A DNA stretch of 49,269 nucleotides from Acidobacteriaceae bacterium (GCA_025449575.1 JANWJB010000024.1:1-49269), one strand, 5' to 3'. Numbered from the stretch's first letter, positions 18,617 to 27,996 are shown. Translations and numbers: made by a program. The notes: generated by a model not told the origin, from the letters alone.

Positions 18617-18991
18617 CTATTCCAGCCGTTCCAGCACTTCCCGGCGCACCAGATACATGAAGAAGATCAGGTTGGCGACGCCCATCACAATCCACGACTC
18701 CGCATGAGTATGGGCAAGCGTGTAGAAAGCGAAGCTCATGCAAACGAAGGTCGCGCCCAGGCTGAGCGCCCATCCCCACCGCTTGCGGCGCATGAGCCCC
18801 AGTCCGGCGATGGCGAATAAGGTCGAGAGGACCAGGACGACGGTTTGGGCATCCCGCGTGGGATAGCGGTGCGTCAGAACCCCTATGACGCCGATTGTGG
18901 CCAGCGCCAGCATCCACAGCGCGATGACCGCCATTCCTGGCAGCGGAAGTAGACGGGGCGAGCCGCGCGGCGGTGGAACGGGTGTGGTCAT
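18617..18991 (-). CDS. small integral membrane protein, unknown function
   Basis: 124 aa with 3-4 hydrophobic helices. Its ATG overlaps the upstream cytochrome c stop (ATGA). Confidence 0.5.
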   Translation of the reverse strand: MTTPVPPPRGSPRLLPLPGMAVIALWMLALATIGVIGVLTHRYPTRDAQTVVLVLSTLFAIAGLGLMRRKRWGWALSLGATFVCMSFAFYTLAHTHAESWIVMGVANLIFFMYLVRREVLERLE

Positions 18992-19371
18992 AACGTATGC
19001 AGATAGGCCATCAAGTCTTGCAGCTGCTCCTGATCCAGGCGATTGGCGAAAGGAGGCATCATGCCGCGGCCGTTCTCGATCGTCTCCCGCACCCGGTCAT
19101 CGTTCACCGCGGCTCCGCTAGGCAAATACGGCTGCCGGAATAACCCCTCCAGCCCGGGCCCGTTCAGACCCTGTTTCGAGTTTGCACTGTGACAGCGTGA
19201 GCACTCGCCGAGGAAGACCTGCCTGCCTGCCGCCTCCTGAGGGGTCAGCTCGCTAAGCGGTTTGGAAGGAGGCATGCGATTGCAGCCCAGAATCACCGCA
19301 AAGAATAAGGCGGCGGAGAGAGCCGGCAACGGAGCAACGAACCGAGCAATGAAAGAAGCAAATCGCGACAT
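18988..19371 (-). CDS. class I c-type cytochrome, probable lipoprotein
   Basis: Haem motif CSRCH, distal Met region GRGMMPPF, lipobox VILGC. The track start 19377 is TTG; the ATG is at 19371. Confidence 0.8.
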   Translation of the reverse strand: MSRFASFIARFVAPLPALSAALFFAVILGCNRMPPSKPLSELTPQEAAGRQVFLGECSRCHSANSKQGLNGPGLEGLFRQPYLPSGAAVNDDRVRETIENGRGMMPPFANRLDQEQLQDLMAYLHTL

Positions 19372-19552
19372 CTTCAAAGGACTGGAACCATCATACTAGA
19401 GCAAAATCAGCACAGTCCTACTCGGGTCCAACGTTTGAGAGTGCGGATTGCTGAAAATCTGTTTCGGCTTCGTGCCCGGAGATGGCCGGTTGATTCTGCT
19501 CCGCCTTGGAGCACGCAGCAGTTCGCAGAAACCCCGCATCGCTCAGTAGCCT

Positions 19553-21154
19553 TTAATTTGCCGCGGCGATGGCGGCGACCATCTTGTCCATCGTTTGGCG
19601 TACCGCTTCATTCCCGGGCAAATGAGCGTTGCACAGGATGGAAAAGGCGACGCTCTTTCCCCGCGCAGTGACGACGTAGCCAGTCAATGCGGCGGCCTCC
19701 GAGAGCGTGCCGCTTTTGGCAAAGACCTTTCCCTCCAGCGGCGGCCGTTCAAAGCGGTCGGCGAGCGTGCCGTCCACGCCGCCGATGGGAAGCGTGCCGC
19801 GGAATTCAGGGCCCCATTGCTGCGCTGCGGCGTAAACCAGGAACTCGGTGAATGCGCGGGGCGTCACCAAGTCCATAGGCGACAGGCCGGAGCCGTCATA
19901 CATCATGAAATCTTCCGGAGCGATGCCCGCCTGCAATAAAAACTGGCGTACCACTCTGGTTCCCTCCGCCAATGAACCATCCGTTCCCAGCAGCTTGCCC
20001 AGCGTCCGCAGCGTGAGCTCGGCATGCAGATTTTGGCTGACCTTGTTGGTGACCACGAGATCCTGGCTCAGTGGGGGCGAAACGTGCGACGCCAGCACGG
20101 TTCCCTGGTAGGGAGCCACGACGGTGAGGAGCGAGACAGGCCGCAGCGCCAGCGGCTGATCCTGCTCCTGTCCGAATTGGCCGGTCCCCGTCTCATAGCG
20201 ATGCCGCGCCACGGCCTTTCCCGTCACGCGGATGCCGCGCGCCTCCAGCATCTCCTTGAGCGAGCGGGCGGCGTAGTCCGCCGGGTCCTCAATCGCCAGC
20301 GCCGTATGGATACCGTCGCCGTTCATGAGCGTCTGCCCATAGATGCGCACCGCCAGGGAGCCGGGTGCGCGGTCGATGCCGAAGCTCTCGGCCCCTCCGG
20401 CGACCGTTGCGACGCCATTTTCCAGGTCGTAGTAATGGGTGGCTGGGAGCCAGGTGGCGATGGCTGTCTGGCCCGCCGCGGGGGCCGGCATCAGATTCAG
20501 ATAGACGACATTGTCGTTCACCGTGAGAGCAGAGATGGGCGCTCCATATTCCCATTGCAGATCACCCCAACTCCAGCCTTGCGGATAGGGCTCGTAAGGG
20601 AACCATGTGTCGTCTCCGACTATGTTTCCGTTGATCGAGCGAACGCCGTGGCGCAGGACCTGATCGGCCATATCTTCCAGCGCGGCGAGCGGAGGATTCG
20701 GGCGTTCGGTCTTCCCATCGTAGGGCAGTGTCCTACCCGAGATATTGGGATCGCCCGCGCCGAGGAGAATCACGTCGCCGGAAATCACTCCGGAGGAGCT
20801 GGGCGGTGCAGCGGTCACAATGCGCGTGGTGACGGTGAGTTGACTGGGCAGCAAGGCGAAGGCGGCTGCGGTGGTGAACAATTTGGCGTTGGAGGCGGGA
20901 TGAAAGAGCTGAGCGTCGTCATAGGAATAGATCGGCTTCCCGCTCAGCGAGACCACGGAGATGCCCCAGTGAGCCTGCTGCATACCAGGAGCTTGAAGCA
21001 GGCGGGGGATGGCCCGGGAAAGAGGCAGCGGCCGGGGCCGGCGATGCGAAGCGGCTTTGCGCCGGAGTGCCGGGCTCGCCGTGGGAAGAAGCACAATCGA
21101 CAGCAACAGGGCAGGGAGTGAGAAAAGGCGGGAAGGAGTATAGGTGAAACGCAT
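19553..21154 (-). CDS. dacB: D-alanyl-D-alanine carboxypeptidase/endopeptidase (PBP4, peptidase S13)
   Basis: Signal peptide; SxxK motif PASNAKLFTTAAAF; SQNLHAE; C-terminal KSGTLSEAAALTGYV (KTG-like). Confidence 0.9.
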   Translation of the reverse strand: MRFTYTPSRLFSLPALLLSIVLLPTASPALRRKAASHRRPRPLPLSRAIPRLLQAPGMQQAHWGISVVSLSGKPIYSYDDAQLFHPASNAKLFTTAAAFALLPSQLTVTTRIVTAAPPSSSGVISGDVILLGAGDPNISGRTLPYDGKTERPNPPLAALEDMADQVLRHGVRSINGNIVGDDTWFPYEPYPQGWSWGDLQWEYGAPISALTVNDNVVYLNLMPAPAAGQTAIATWLPATHYYDLENGVATVAGGAESFGIDRAPGSLAVRIYGQTLMNGDGIHTALAIEDPADYAARSLKEMLEARGIRVTGKAVARHRYETGTGQFGQEQDQPLALRPVSLLTVVAPYQGTVLASHVSPPLSQDLVVTNKVSQNLHAELTLRTLGKLLGTDGSLAEGTRVVRQFLLQAGIAPEDFMMYDGSGLSPMDLVTPRAFTEFLVYAAAQQWGPEFRGTLPIGGVDGTLADRFERPPLEGKVFAKSGTLSEAAALTGYVVTARGKSVAFSILCNAHLPGNEAVRQTMDKMVAAIAAAN

Positions 21155-21242
21155 GTCTGGGCGGAGTGTACCCTAGTGAGCCGCACTTTTGGGACCGCCA
21201 GCCGGAAACGGCTGCGGATGAACCGCTCTAAAATGACATGCA

Positions 21243-22145
21243 ATGCCGTTTCGCCAGCGTTCACGCTTCGAGTGGAAATTCGGTAACCGGTCGCTCGTCC
21301 TGGGAGAGCGGACGCAGGTCATTGGCATTCTGAACGTGACGCCGGACTCCTTCTCCGACGGCGGACGTTTTTCGAGTCCGGCGGCGGCGATCGAAGGCGC
21401 GCTCGGGATGCTGGATCAGGGCGCGACGATCGTGGACGTGGGAGGAGAATCGACGCGGCCCGGAGAGCGGGCGCCGGTAACCGCCGCCGAGGAGATCGAC
21501 CGCGTCGTTCCCGTCATAGAAGGCGTGCTCAGGAGCCGGCCGGAGGCGATTCTCTCCATCGATACATACAAAGCGGAGACGGCGGAAGCGGCTCTGCGTG
21601 CCGGCGCTTTGATCGTGAACGACGTAAGCGGATTGCTGTGGGAGCCGGCAATGGCGGCGATCTGCGCCGCTGCCGGCTGCGGCCTGGTGGTGATGCACAC
21701 CCGCGGCCGCCCGGGGGAGTGGCGGGACCTGCCTCGTCTGGCGCCGGCCGAGGTGACGGCGGCGGTGAAGAGCGGGCTGTCGAGGCAAATGGAAGCGGCC
21801 TTGGACGCAGGAATCCGGCGCGATCACCTGGCGATCGATCCCGGCTTCGGCTTCGGCAAGATCGGGCATGAGAATTATGCGCTGCTGGCTGGTTTGGGAT
21901 GCCTGTTGGGCTTGGGCCGGCCGCTGCTGGCTGGTGTCTCTCGCAAATCGTTCGTGGGTCGCGCGCTGGCGCCTCTCCGCGGCGGTGAAATCGCTCCCAT
22001 CTCGGCCCGGGAAACAGCCTCTATCGCTGCAGCCACCGCGGCGGTGCTGGCCGGCGCCGACTTGCTGCGCGCGCATCAAGTGGCGTCTACCCTGGAGGCT
22101 GCTGCGATCGCCGATGCCATCCTGGACGCGGCGGCAAAGCTGTAA
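21243..22145 (+). CDS. folP: dihydropteroate synthase
   Basis: VIGILNVTPDSFSDGG, IVDVGGESTRPG, IVNDVSG, IDPGFGFGK. Confidence 0.95.
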   Translation: MPFRQRSRFEWKFGNRSLVLGERTQVIGILNVTPDSFSDGGRFSSPAAAIEGALGMLDQGATIVDVGGESTRPGERAPVTAAEEIDRVVPVIEGVLRSRPEAILSIDTYKAETAEAALRAGALIVNDVSGLLWEPAMAAICAAAGCGLVVMHTRGRPGEWRDLPRLAPAEVTAAVKSGLSRQMEAALDAGIRRDHLAIDPGFGFGKIGHENYALLAGLGCLLGLGRPLLAGVSRKSFVGRALAPLRGGEIAPISARETASIAAATAAVLAGADLLRAHQVASTLEAAAIADAILDAAAKL

Positions 22146-22203
22146 CGAGACGCGGCAGCAAAATTGTAAGGCAATGAAAGCGAGCGATCTCAGACGGACG
22201 TCT

Positions 22204-22330
22204 AGGAGTTTGTTGAAAAACATGTTCATCTTCCGTCGAGCATCCGGGATGTGGGGACGGCGTCCGGAGCAGCAGCACACATTATCTTGCGCCTCGCTCG
22301 GGGCTTCGGCGCGATTTTCAACAAACTCCT
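22204..22330. repeat. palindromic element: perfect 16-bp inverted repeat with 95-nt spacer
   Basis: AGGAGTTTGTTGAAAA (22204..22219) and TTTTCAACAAACTCCT (22315..22330) are exact reverse complements. G-C/G-U pairing extends about 4 nt further outward. It lies in the convergent gap between folP and the DUF4440-like gene. Confidence 0.6.
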
Positions 22331-22429
22331 GGGCCGCCTCAGTCAGAGGAAAGTGTTCGACGGCAGATTTCCTGTTACTGTGAGCCACCGGGACCAGCGA
22401 AGTGCGGCTTTTCTTGGCCATAAGCCGCC

Positions 22430-22933
22430 TTAGCGGCGCGCGGCGCGGCTCTGGCGAACGCGGCTGGCCTCGAAGCTAACGATCTTCCATTGCCCGTTGC
22501 GATTGGTATAGACACGCGTGTAGCGGAACAGCCCGCTGACGTCGCGATCGCCGGAGTGCCCCACTAGCTCCGCGCGCGAGGTTACTACCGCCGTATTGCC
22601 ATAGACGCGTATTTTGATGTCGCTCAGATTTAGTTCGCTGATTTCGGTGTGACCCGCGCGGCGAGCGGCCAGAACGTCGCCCTTGGTCTCCAGGGTGCCA
22701 TTTGGGCTAATCCCAAGATAATCGTCGGCCAGCATTTTGCTCAAAGCGGGCACGTCATTCGTGAGTACCGCCTGCCGCCACTGCATTTCCAGATCCTCAA
22801 TCTCCTTGTGGGTTGCGTCGTGGTGAGGGAACAGAGCATGAGCGGCAGGCGCGCAGCACAAGAACAGTACCAGCACGGTGGCTAGGTTAGCGGCCATGCC
22901 GGGTGAAAAACGGCGCTCGGATCTGGCGAGCAT
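22430..22933 (-). CDS. secreted NTF2-fold protein (DUF4440/SnoaL-like)
   Basis: Signal peptide ...LVLFLCCAPAAHA. Pattern WRQAVLTNDVPALSKMLADDYLGISPNG ... RYTRVYTNRNGQWKIVSFEAS is typical of DUF4440. Alternative ATG at 22897. Confidence 0.65.
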   Translation of the reverse strand: MLARSERRFSPGMAANLATVLVLFLCCAPAAHALFPHHDATHKEIEDLEMQWRQAVLTNDVPALSKMLADDYLGISPNGTLETKGDVLAARRAGHTEISELNLSDIKIRVYGNTAVVTSRAELVGHSGDRDVSGLFRYTRVYTNRNGQWKIVSFEASRVRQSRAARR

Positions 22934-23126
22934 AAGCGTACCGGATGTTAGTCTGGGCGGGAATTGCTAGTCAAAGAGAAAAGCCGGAACGGCGGATTTT
23001 CGCATTGAACGCCGGGTTGCGTGCAGCGGGCGGCGCCGGCTCCCTCGCCCTGAATATCACATCATAGGCTGCTGTCTCACCAGCCGGTATGGCATTCGAG
23101 CCGCTGCCGGGCCGTGGCGCATGCCT

Positions 23127-23414
23127 CTATTCAACCGCCGTCAGGTTTTCGATCTCCCGTTCGCGCATCAGTTGGAAGAGTCCGCCGACAACCAGCTTGT
23201 GGAAATGGGGCGTGGTGCGGTGAAACTCGGCTGCGGCGCGGTCGCGGTAACGCTCGTAGAGCACCACGGTGGCCGCATCGGCCTCGGCGGTGTGCGGAGC
23301 ATAGGCCAGGCACCCCGGCTCCTGAAGGCTGGCGGCAGTGAGCTCGCGCAGCATCTCGGCCACCCGCTCGGAATCCTCCGGCGCAAAGCGCATGCGGACG
23401 ATGAAACTGACCAT
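23127..23414 (-). CDS. antibiotic-biosynthesis-monooxygenase (ABM) domain protein
   Basis: 95 aa with a ferredoxin-like ABM pattern (VSFIVRMRF...EPGCLAY...VVLYERYRDRAAAEFHRTTPHF). GGAAGGA RBS. Confidence 0.75.
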   Translation of the reverse strand: MVSFIVRMRFAPEDSERVAEMLRELTAASLQEPGCLAYAPHTAEADAATVVLYERYRDRAAAEFHRTTPHFHKLVVGGLFQLMREREIENLTAVE

Positions 23415-23468
23415 AGTTGAATCCTTCCGTCTCCTCTGCCCGTCGCGAGTTTCCTGTGCGAAATTCGC

Positions 23469-24785
23469 TTATGCGCGCATAAAATCCAGAGCCTCAGCGA
23501 AGGCAGGCAAGACCATTGTCTGTGTCCGGTCCGGGCCAGTGGAGATCATGCCGATAACGGCGCCCGATTCCGCTTCGAGGAAGCGGAGATACTCCTGCGC
23601 GCGCGGCGGCAGTTGCTCGAAGCTGGTGACGCCGTCCGTCGGCGCTTTCCAGCCCTTCAGCTTGGTATAGACAGGCTCGATGCGCTCCAGCCCGCGAACG
23701 TCGGCGGGAATGCATTCAGTGAGGCGTCCGTCGATGCGATAACTGGTGCAAACCGGGATCTCGTCCAGGGCGTCGAGCACATCCAATTTGCTGACCACCA
23801 GCCACTCGGTGCCATTGATCCGGTTGGAATAGCGCAGCAAAGGCAGATCAAGCCAGCCGCAGCGGCGCGGGCGGCCGGTGACAGCTCCATACTCCTGCCC
23901 GCGGCTCCGCAGCAAGTCGCCACCCTGGTCCAGGATCTCCGTTGGAAACGGTCCCTCCCCCACCCGCGTCACATAGGCCTTGGTCACTCCAATGACCGTG
24001 CCGATGGCGGTGGGGCCGACGCCGGTCCCGGTGACGGCTCCTCCGGCGGTGGCCGAGGAAGAGGTGACGAAGGGATAGGTGCCATGATCGATGTCGAGCA
24101 GCGTGCCCTGCGCTCCTTCAAACATCACGCTCTGCCCTTCTCGAATGGCTTGGTTCAACAGCATGGCGGTGTCAGTCACAAACGGTCTGACCAGCTCGGC
24201 CGCCCGTGCATACTCGTCATACATCTTGACCGGGTCGAGCGGGTTGGCGCCGAACAGTGCGCGCACGATCGCATTCTTTTCCCGGCAAACGCTCTCAATG
24301 TGTGTCTTGAGCAGGTCGCGGTTGAGCAGATCGACAACGCGCAATCCGCCGCGGCTCATCTTGTCCTCGTAGGCAGGCCCGATTCCGCGGCTGGTCGTGC
24401 CGATCTTTTTCCTTCCCGGCGCATTTTCCGAGGCCAGCTCGATCATGCGGTGGTAGGGCAGGATGACCTGGGCGCGGTTGGAAACAAAGAGCTGTTCGTC
24501 CACGTTGACTCCCAGGTCGCGCAGCTTGCCTACTTCATTGAGGAACGCCACGGGGTCCAGAACCACGCCATTGCCTATGACGGCACGGCAATCCGCCCGC
24601 AATACCCCGCAAGGCACCAGTTGCAGAATGAACTTCTGGCCATGGATGATAACCGTATGTCCAGCGTTATGGCCGCCGGCATAGCGGGCCACGATAGAAA
24701 ATTGTCCGGAGAGGACGTCGACGATCTTTCCCTTGCCCTCATCGCCCCATTGGGCGCCGAGCACCACAGCAGTCTTCGCTTGCAT
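23469..24785 (-). CDS. purA: adenylosuccinate synthase
   Basis: VVLGAQWGDEGKGKIVD, GGHNAGHT, GTTSRGIGPAYEDK. Confidence 0.97.
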   Translation of the reverse strand: MQAKTAVVLGAQWGDEGKGKIVDVLSGQFSIVARYAGGHNAGHTVIIHGQKFILQLVPCGVLRADCRAVIGNGVVLDPVAFLNEVGKLRDLGVNVDEQLFVSNRAQVILPYHRMIELASENAPGRKKIGTTSRGIGPAYEDKMSRGGLRVVDLLNRDLLKTHIESVCREKNAIVRALFGANPLDPVKMYDEYARAAELVRPFVTDTAMLLNQAIREGQSVMFEGAQGTLLDIDHGTYPFVTSSSATAGGAVTGTGVGPTAIGTVIGVTKAYVTRVGEGPFPTEILDQGGDLLRSRGQEYGAVTGRPRRCGWLDLPLLRYSNRINGTEWLVVSKLDVLDALDEIPVCTSYRIDGRLTECIPADVRGLERIEPVYTKLKGWKAPTDGVTSFEQLPPRAQEYLRFLEAESGAVIGMISTGPDRTQTMVLPAFAEALDFMRA

Positions 24786-25032
24786 GCCTTCCCATCAACC
24801 CCGTCCGCCACGCTCGCAGCCCAGCCCTTCGGGACAATGTGGCGGAGAAAGCGGGCGTGCTTTGCGCGCAATTGGACACCGCCCGCAGGACGATCATATA
24901 ACGCAACTCTGAGGGCGGCCAACCGACTGGCTGGCAGCGGAGTGGCGCGCCGCGGCAGGCTGCGCCCGCTGAAACTCACGCCGGGCGGCTCTATGAAAAG
25001 CGCTGTGGCGAAAACGTTGAATAAGAGGGATT

Positions 25033-25878
25033 ATGCCGGAGCTGCCTGAGGTCGAGACGGTGGCGCGCGGAGTCGATGCCAGGCTGCGCGGTGACCGCAT
25101 CGAGGCGGTATGGTTTAGCGGGAAGAAGGAACCCTTCAAGTCCCCGGCGCGGACGATGGCTGAGGTTCTCCCCGGGAAGCGGGTCAAGCGGGTCTTCCGC
25201 GTGGGCAAACACATCGTCTTCGACCTTGTGCCAACGGAACGGGCTCCTTCGTTAAAGCAGCAGGCGGTCCAGTGGACGGTTCACCTTGGCATGAGCGGCA
25301 GGCTGCTGGTGGCGTCGCCTTCCGACCCGATTCCCGCGCACACGCACGCCATTCTCCGCATGCGTTCCAAACGCGAGTTGCGGTTTGTGGATCCACGGCG
25401 CTTCGGCCGGCTCGCCCTGCATGCCGCCTCTTCCGGCGAGGGTGGCGGCTTTGCCGGAAAAGGACGGGAACCGTTGACGATCTCCACCAATGAGTTTGCC
25501 GCTCTCTTTCACGGCGCGCGGACCTCGATCAAAGCCGCCCTACTCGATCAATCGCGCCTGCAAGGGGTGGGCAACATCTATGCCGATGAGAGCCTCTTCC
25601 GCGCCGGTATCCGGCCCCGCAGCAGAGCCGCCAGTCTTAGCCGGAAGCGGATGGATCGTCTTTGCCGGTGTCTGAAGGACGTGCTCGGCGAGGCTATCTC
25701 CCTGGGCGGATCGTCTGTGTCCGATTACGTCGATGCCGACGGTGCGCGCGGCTTCTTCCAGTTCGAGCACAAGGTCTACCAGCGCACCAAGCTTCCATGC
25801 TTGGTCTGCGGAACCCTGATTCGCCGCGTGGTGGTGGCGGGCCGGGGAACACACTATTGTCCTCACTGCCAAAGCTAG
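25033..25878 (+). CDS. mutM: formamidopyrimidine-DNA glycosylase
   Basis: MPELPEVETV N-terminus, H2TH region, C-terminal zinc finger CLVCGTLIRRVVVAGRGTHYCPHCQ. Confidence 0.95.
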   Translation: MPELPEVETVARGVDARLRGDRIEAVWFSGKKEPFKSPARTMAEVLPGKRVKRVFRVGKHIVFDLVPTERAPSLKQQAVQWTVHLGMSGRLLVASPSDPIPAHTHAILRMRSKRELRFVDPRRFGRLALHAASSGEGGGFAGKGREPLTISTNEFAALFHGARTSIKAALLDQSRLQGVGNIYADESLFRAGIRPRSRAASLSRKRMDRLCRCLKDVLGEAISLGGSSVSDYVDADGARGFFQFEHKVYQRTKLPCLVCGTLIRRVVVAGRGTHYCPHCQS

Positions 25879-26195
25879 GGCGGATCCATCGAAAAGTTCG
25901 GCCTGCAATCTATGAATTCTTGGATTATGCTCATGATTCGGCTTCCATATTGCGGAATGTGGTCCACAGCCTTCCTTCTATCTCATTGAAAATAATTGCC
26001 ATGCAAAACGGCCCCTGAACTGCAGTAAGGGTGGTGTAGCCAGCGGCGCACCGAGTTGCTCGGGAGGCACGAGCCCAAGGCCCTGGAGGCAGAGCGAGTT
26101 CCAATGAGAACCAGCCGCCTTCGGGGTTTCATAATGAAACCCGCGGTTTAGACCAGACGGGTATTTTCGGGAGGCCAGTGACTGGCCATTGAAAG

Positions 26196-26227
26196 AAAAG
26201 CCACGCGCGCGCGTGGCTTTTCTTTTT
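26196..26227. terminator. strong intrinsic terminator with no CDS immediately upstream
   Basis: AAAA-GCCACGC-GCGC-GCGTGGC-TTTTCTTTTT. An A-run upstream and a T-run downstream make it potentially bidirectional. It lies 320-350 nt past the mutM stop. Confidence 0.7.
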
Positions 26228-26299
26228 GGGCTCGGGGAGAGAAGATCCGGCATCCGCAGCCCCCTTCAGGCGCATCTCACAGAATGGAGAGAGTTTTTC

Positions 26300-26328
26300 T
26301 TGCGCATCCTCACGAATCTGTGTATCAT
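26300..26328 (+). promoter_or_regulatory. candidate sigma-70-type promoter TTGCGC-N17-TATCAT
   Basis: -35 at 26300..26305 and -10 at 26323..26328 with a 17-nt spacer, in a lower-GC stretch just after the orphan terminator. It would give a ~350-nt leader for 26685..27569. Confidence 0.3.
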
Positions 26329-26684
26329 CAATTTTGCCTATCGAGCGGCTGAAGCCAGAGCTTCATGGAGAGCGCCCGGCTCGCCGCAATTCTCGAGAGT
26401 CTTTAACTGCCGCATCTCGTTTCGGGGTCCGAATGGCGATCTTCTTCGCCGGGCTCACAAGATCCATGTATAGCGGTACAGACCTATATCAGTACGCTGT
26501 TTGAAAAGACCAAACCAGACGCCTTACCTCGAAACGTATCCCTCAGATCGGTTCCCTCGATCGCACCGGACACTCTCATGAGCTGCCGGCTAAGTGGGGC
26601 CGTGGAACTCTGCTGGCTAACTCGGCGTAAAGCCGTGGCGGCGCAGGTGGGAGACGAAGAACGACGGCGCCAGGAAGTGCAAGC

Positions 26685-27569
26685 ATGACAATAGAGCAGA
26701 ACCCACCCCAGCCTCCGTCGAATTCGGCGCAGATGGCTCCGGGGCAATCGCAGGGGCAAGCACATCGCCGCCGGCGTCGCAGACGGAAGAGCTTTGCAAA
26801 CGGCCAGGCGAAGGCGCAGGGAAACGAGGCTCAACCCGCCTCGGTGAAGCCGCCGCAAAAAGCCAAACCGGGCCAAAGCAGATTTTCCCCCAAGCATGCC
26901 AATGGGCGTTCCAATGGCCATGGCAACGGCAACAGCAACAGCAACGGAGGTCATGGTGTCCCGCAGGGGGGCGGTGGCGTTCGTCGCAAGACAAAGAAGC
27001 GCCGCCCGCAGACCTTCGTCGGTCCCATGGACCACAGCTACCGTACAGTCAACGGCAACGTCGCCGACTCGCCTCCTTCCACTATCGAATTCCGCGGCAA
27101 CGGGCAGAATGGCTTTTACGCCGCTCCACCTCCGCCGGAGTCTGTCCCGACTGCAATTCGTGAAGACGCTCCGATTCGGATCTATTGCTTTATTGAAGAC
27201 CTTTTCTTTCTGGCCAAGATCCAGGAGACCGCGCGCAAGTTGGGAGTCAAGGTCGGCTTCGTAAAGGCGGATAAGGACATTGTCGCGCGCCTCGCGGATG
27301 CGCCGGAAGCGGAACGGCCCTCGCTGATCGTCTTCGATCTGAACAATGTCGGAGCCAAGCCTCTTACTCTGATTCCGCGCCTCAAGAGCAAGATGAAGCG
27401 GGGAACCTCAGTGATTGGTTTCCTCAATCACTTGCAGGGCGATCTCAAAGCCAAGGCGGTCGAGGCCGGCTGTGACATGGTGATGCCGCGCTCGGCATTC
27501 TCGCAGAATCTGCCCAGCCTTCTTCGCCGTCATGGCCTCGATGAAGAGCGTGAGCCGGTCGAAGCCTAA
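26685..27569 (+). CDS. protein with disordered basic N-terminal region and C-terminal degenerate CheY-like receiver domain
   Basis: AGGAAG RBS. N-terminal ~170 aa are low complexity (HRRRRRRRKS, GHGNGNSNSNGGHG). The C-terminal ~125 aa follow the receiver beta/alpha pattern (RIYCFIED ... PSLIVFDLNNVGAKPL ... SVIGFLNH ... GCDMVMPRS). Confidence 0.6.
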   Translation: MTIEQNPPQPPSNSAQMAPGQSQGQAHRRRRRRRKSFANGQAKAQGNEAQPASVKPPQKAKPGQSRFSPKHANGRSNGHGNGNSNSNGGHGVPQGGGGVRRKTKKRRPQTFVGPMDHSYRTVNGNVADSPPSTIEFRGNGQNGFYAAPPPPESVPTAIREDAPIRIYCFIEDLFFLAKIQETARKLGVKVGFVKADKDIVARLADAPEAERPSLIVFDLNNVGAKPLTLIPRLKSKMKRGTSVIGFLNHLQGDLKAKAVEAGCDMVMPRSAFSQNLPSLLRRHGLDEEREPVEA

Positions 27570-27657
27570 GGCATTTTGAATGGTTCTGCAGCGGGCTACG
27601 CTTTTCCGCCCGCGCTCGTGCCGCTGCGCGAGAACGCGTGAAGAGTTACGCCTCGCT

Positions 27658-27996
27658 CTAGCCTGGCGGCCAATGCATGGGACGGCCGCCGAGAACGTGA
27701 ACGTGCAGATGATCGACCGTCTGCCCGCCTTCCTCTCCACTATTGATGACCGTGCGAAAGCCGCGCACCAGTCCCTCTTTCTTGGCAACGGCCACGGAGA
27801 CGCTGAGCAGATGGCCTAAAAGAGCTTCATCGCCCTCTTCCAGATGGGCCGGCGACTGGATGTGCTTACGCGGCAGCACCAGGATGTGCGTGGGCGCTTG
27901 AGGGTTGATGTCGGCGAAGGCGACGACCTGCTCATCCTGATACAGCATCCGTGCGGGAATCTCCCCCGCCGCAATCTTGCAAAACAAGCAATCCAT
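27658..27996 (-). CDS. HIT-family (histidine triad) nucleotide hydrolase
   Basis: Trimmed to ATG 27996, which has GGAGG 10 nt upstream. MDCLFCKIAAGEIPA ... QTVDHLHVHVLGG. Confidence 0.9.
   Translation of the reverse strand: MDCLFCKIAAGEIPARMLYQDEQVVAFADINPQAPTHILVLPRKHIQSPAHLEEGDEALLGHLLSVSVAVAKKEGLVRGFRTVINSGEEGGQTVDHLHVHVLGGRPMHWPPG

Noticed and set aside
22146-22421. Possible small protein MAKKSRTSLVPVAHSNRKSAVEHFPLTEAAQEFVENR... starting 9 nt after the DUF4440 gene stop.
   Set aside because: The frame has no stop until 21261, after crossing all of folP in antisense. The region is better explained by the 16-bp inverted-repeat element.
26029-26046. GGGTGGTGTAGCCAGCGG resembles the 5' acceptor/D-arm of a tRNA.
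   Set aside because: No anticodon arm, no GTTCGAATC-type T-arm and no matching 3' acceptor strand follow within 100 nt.
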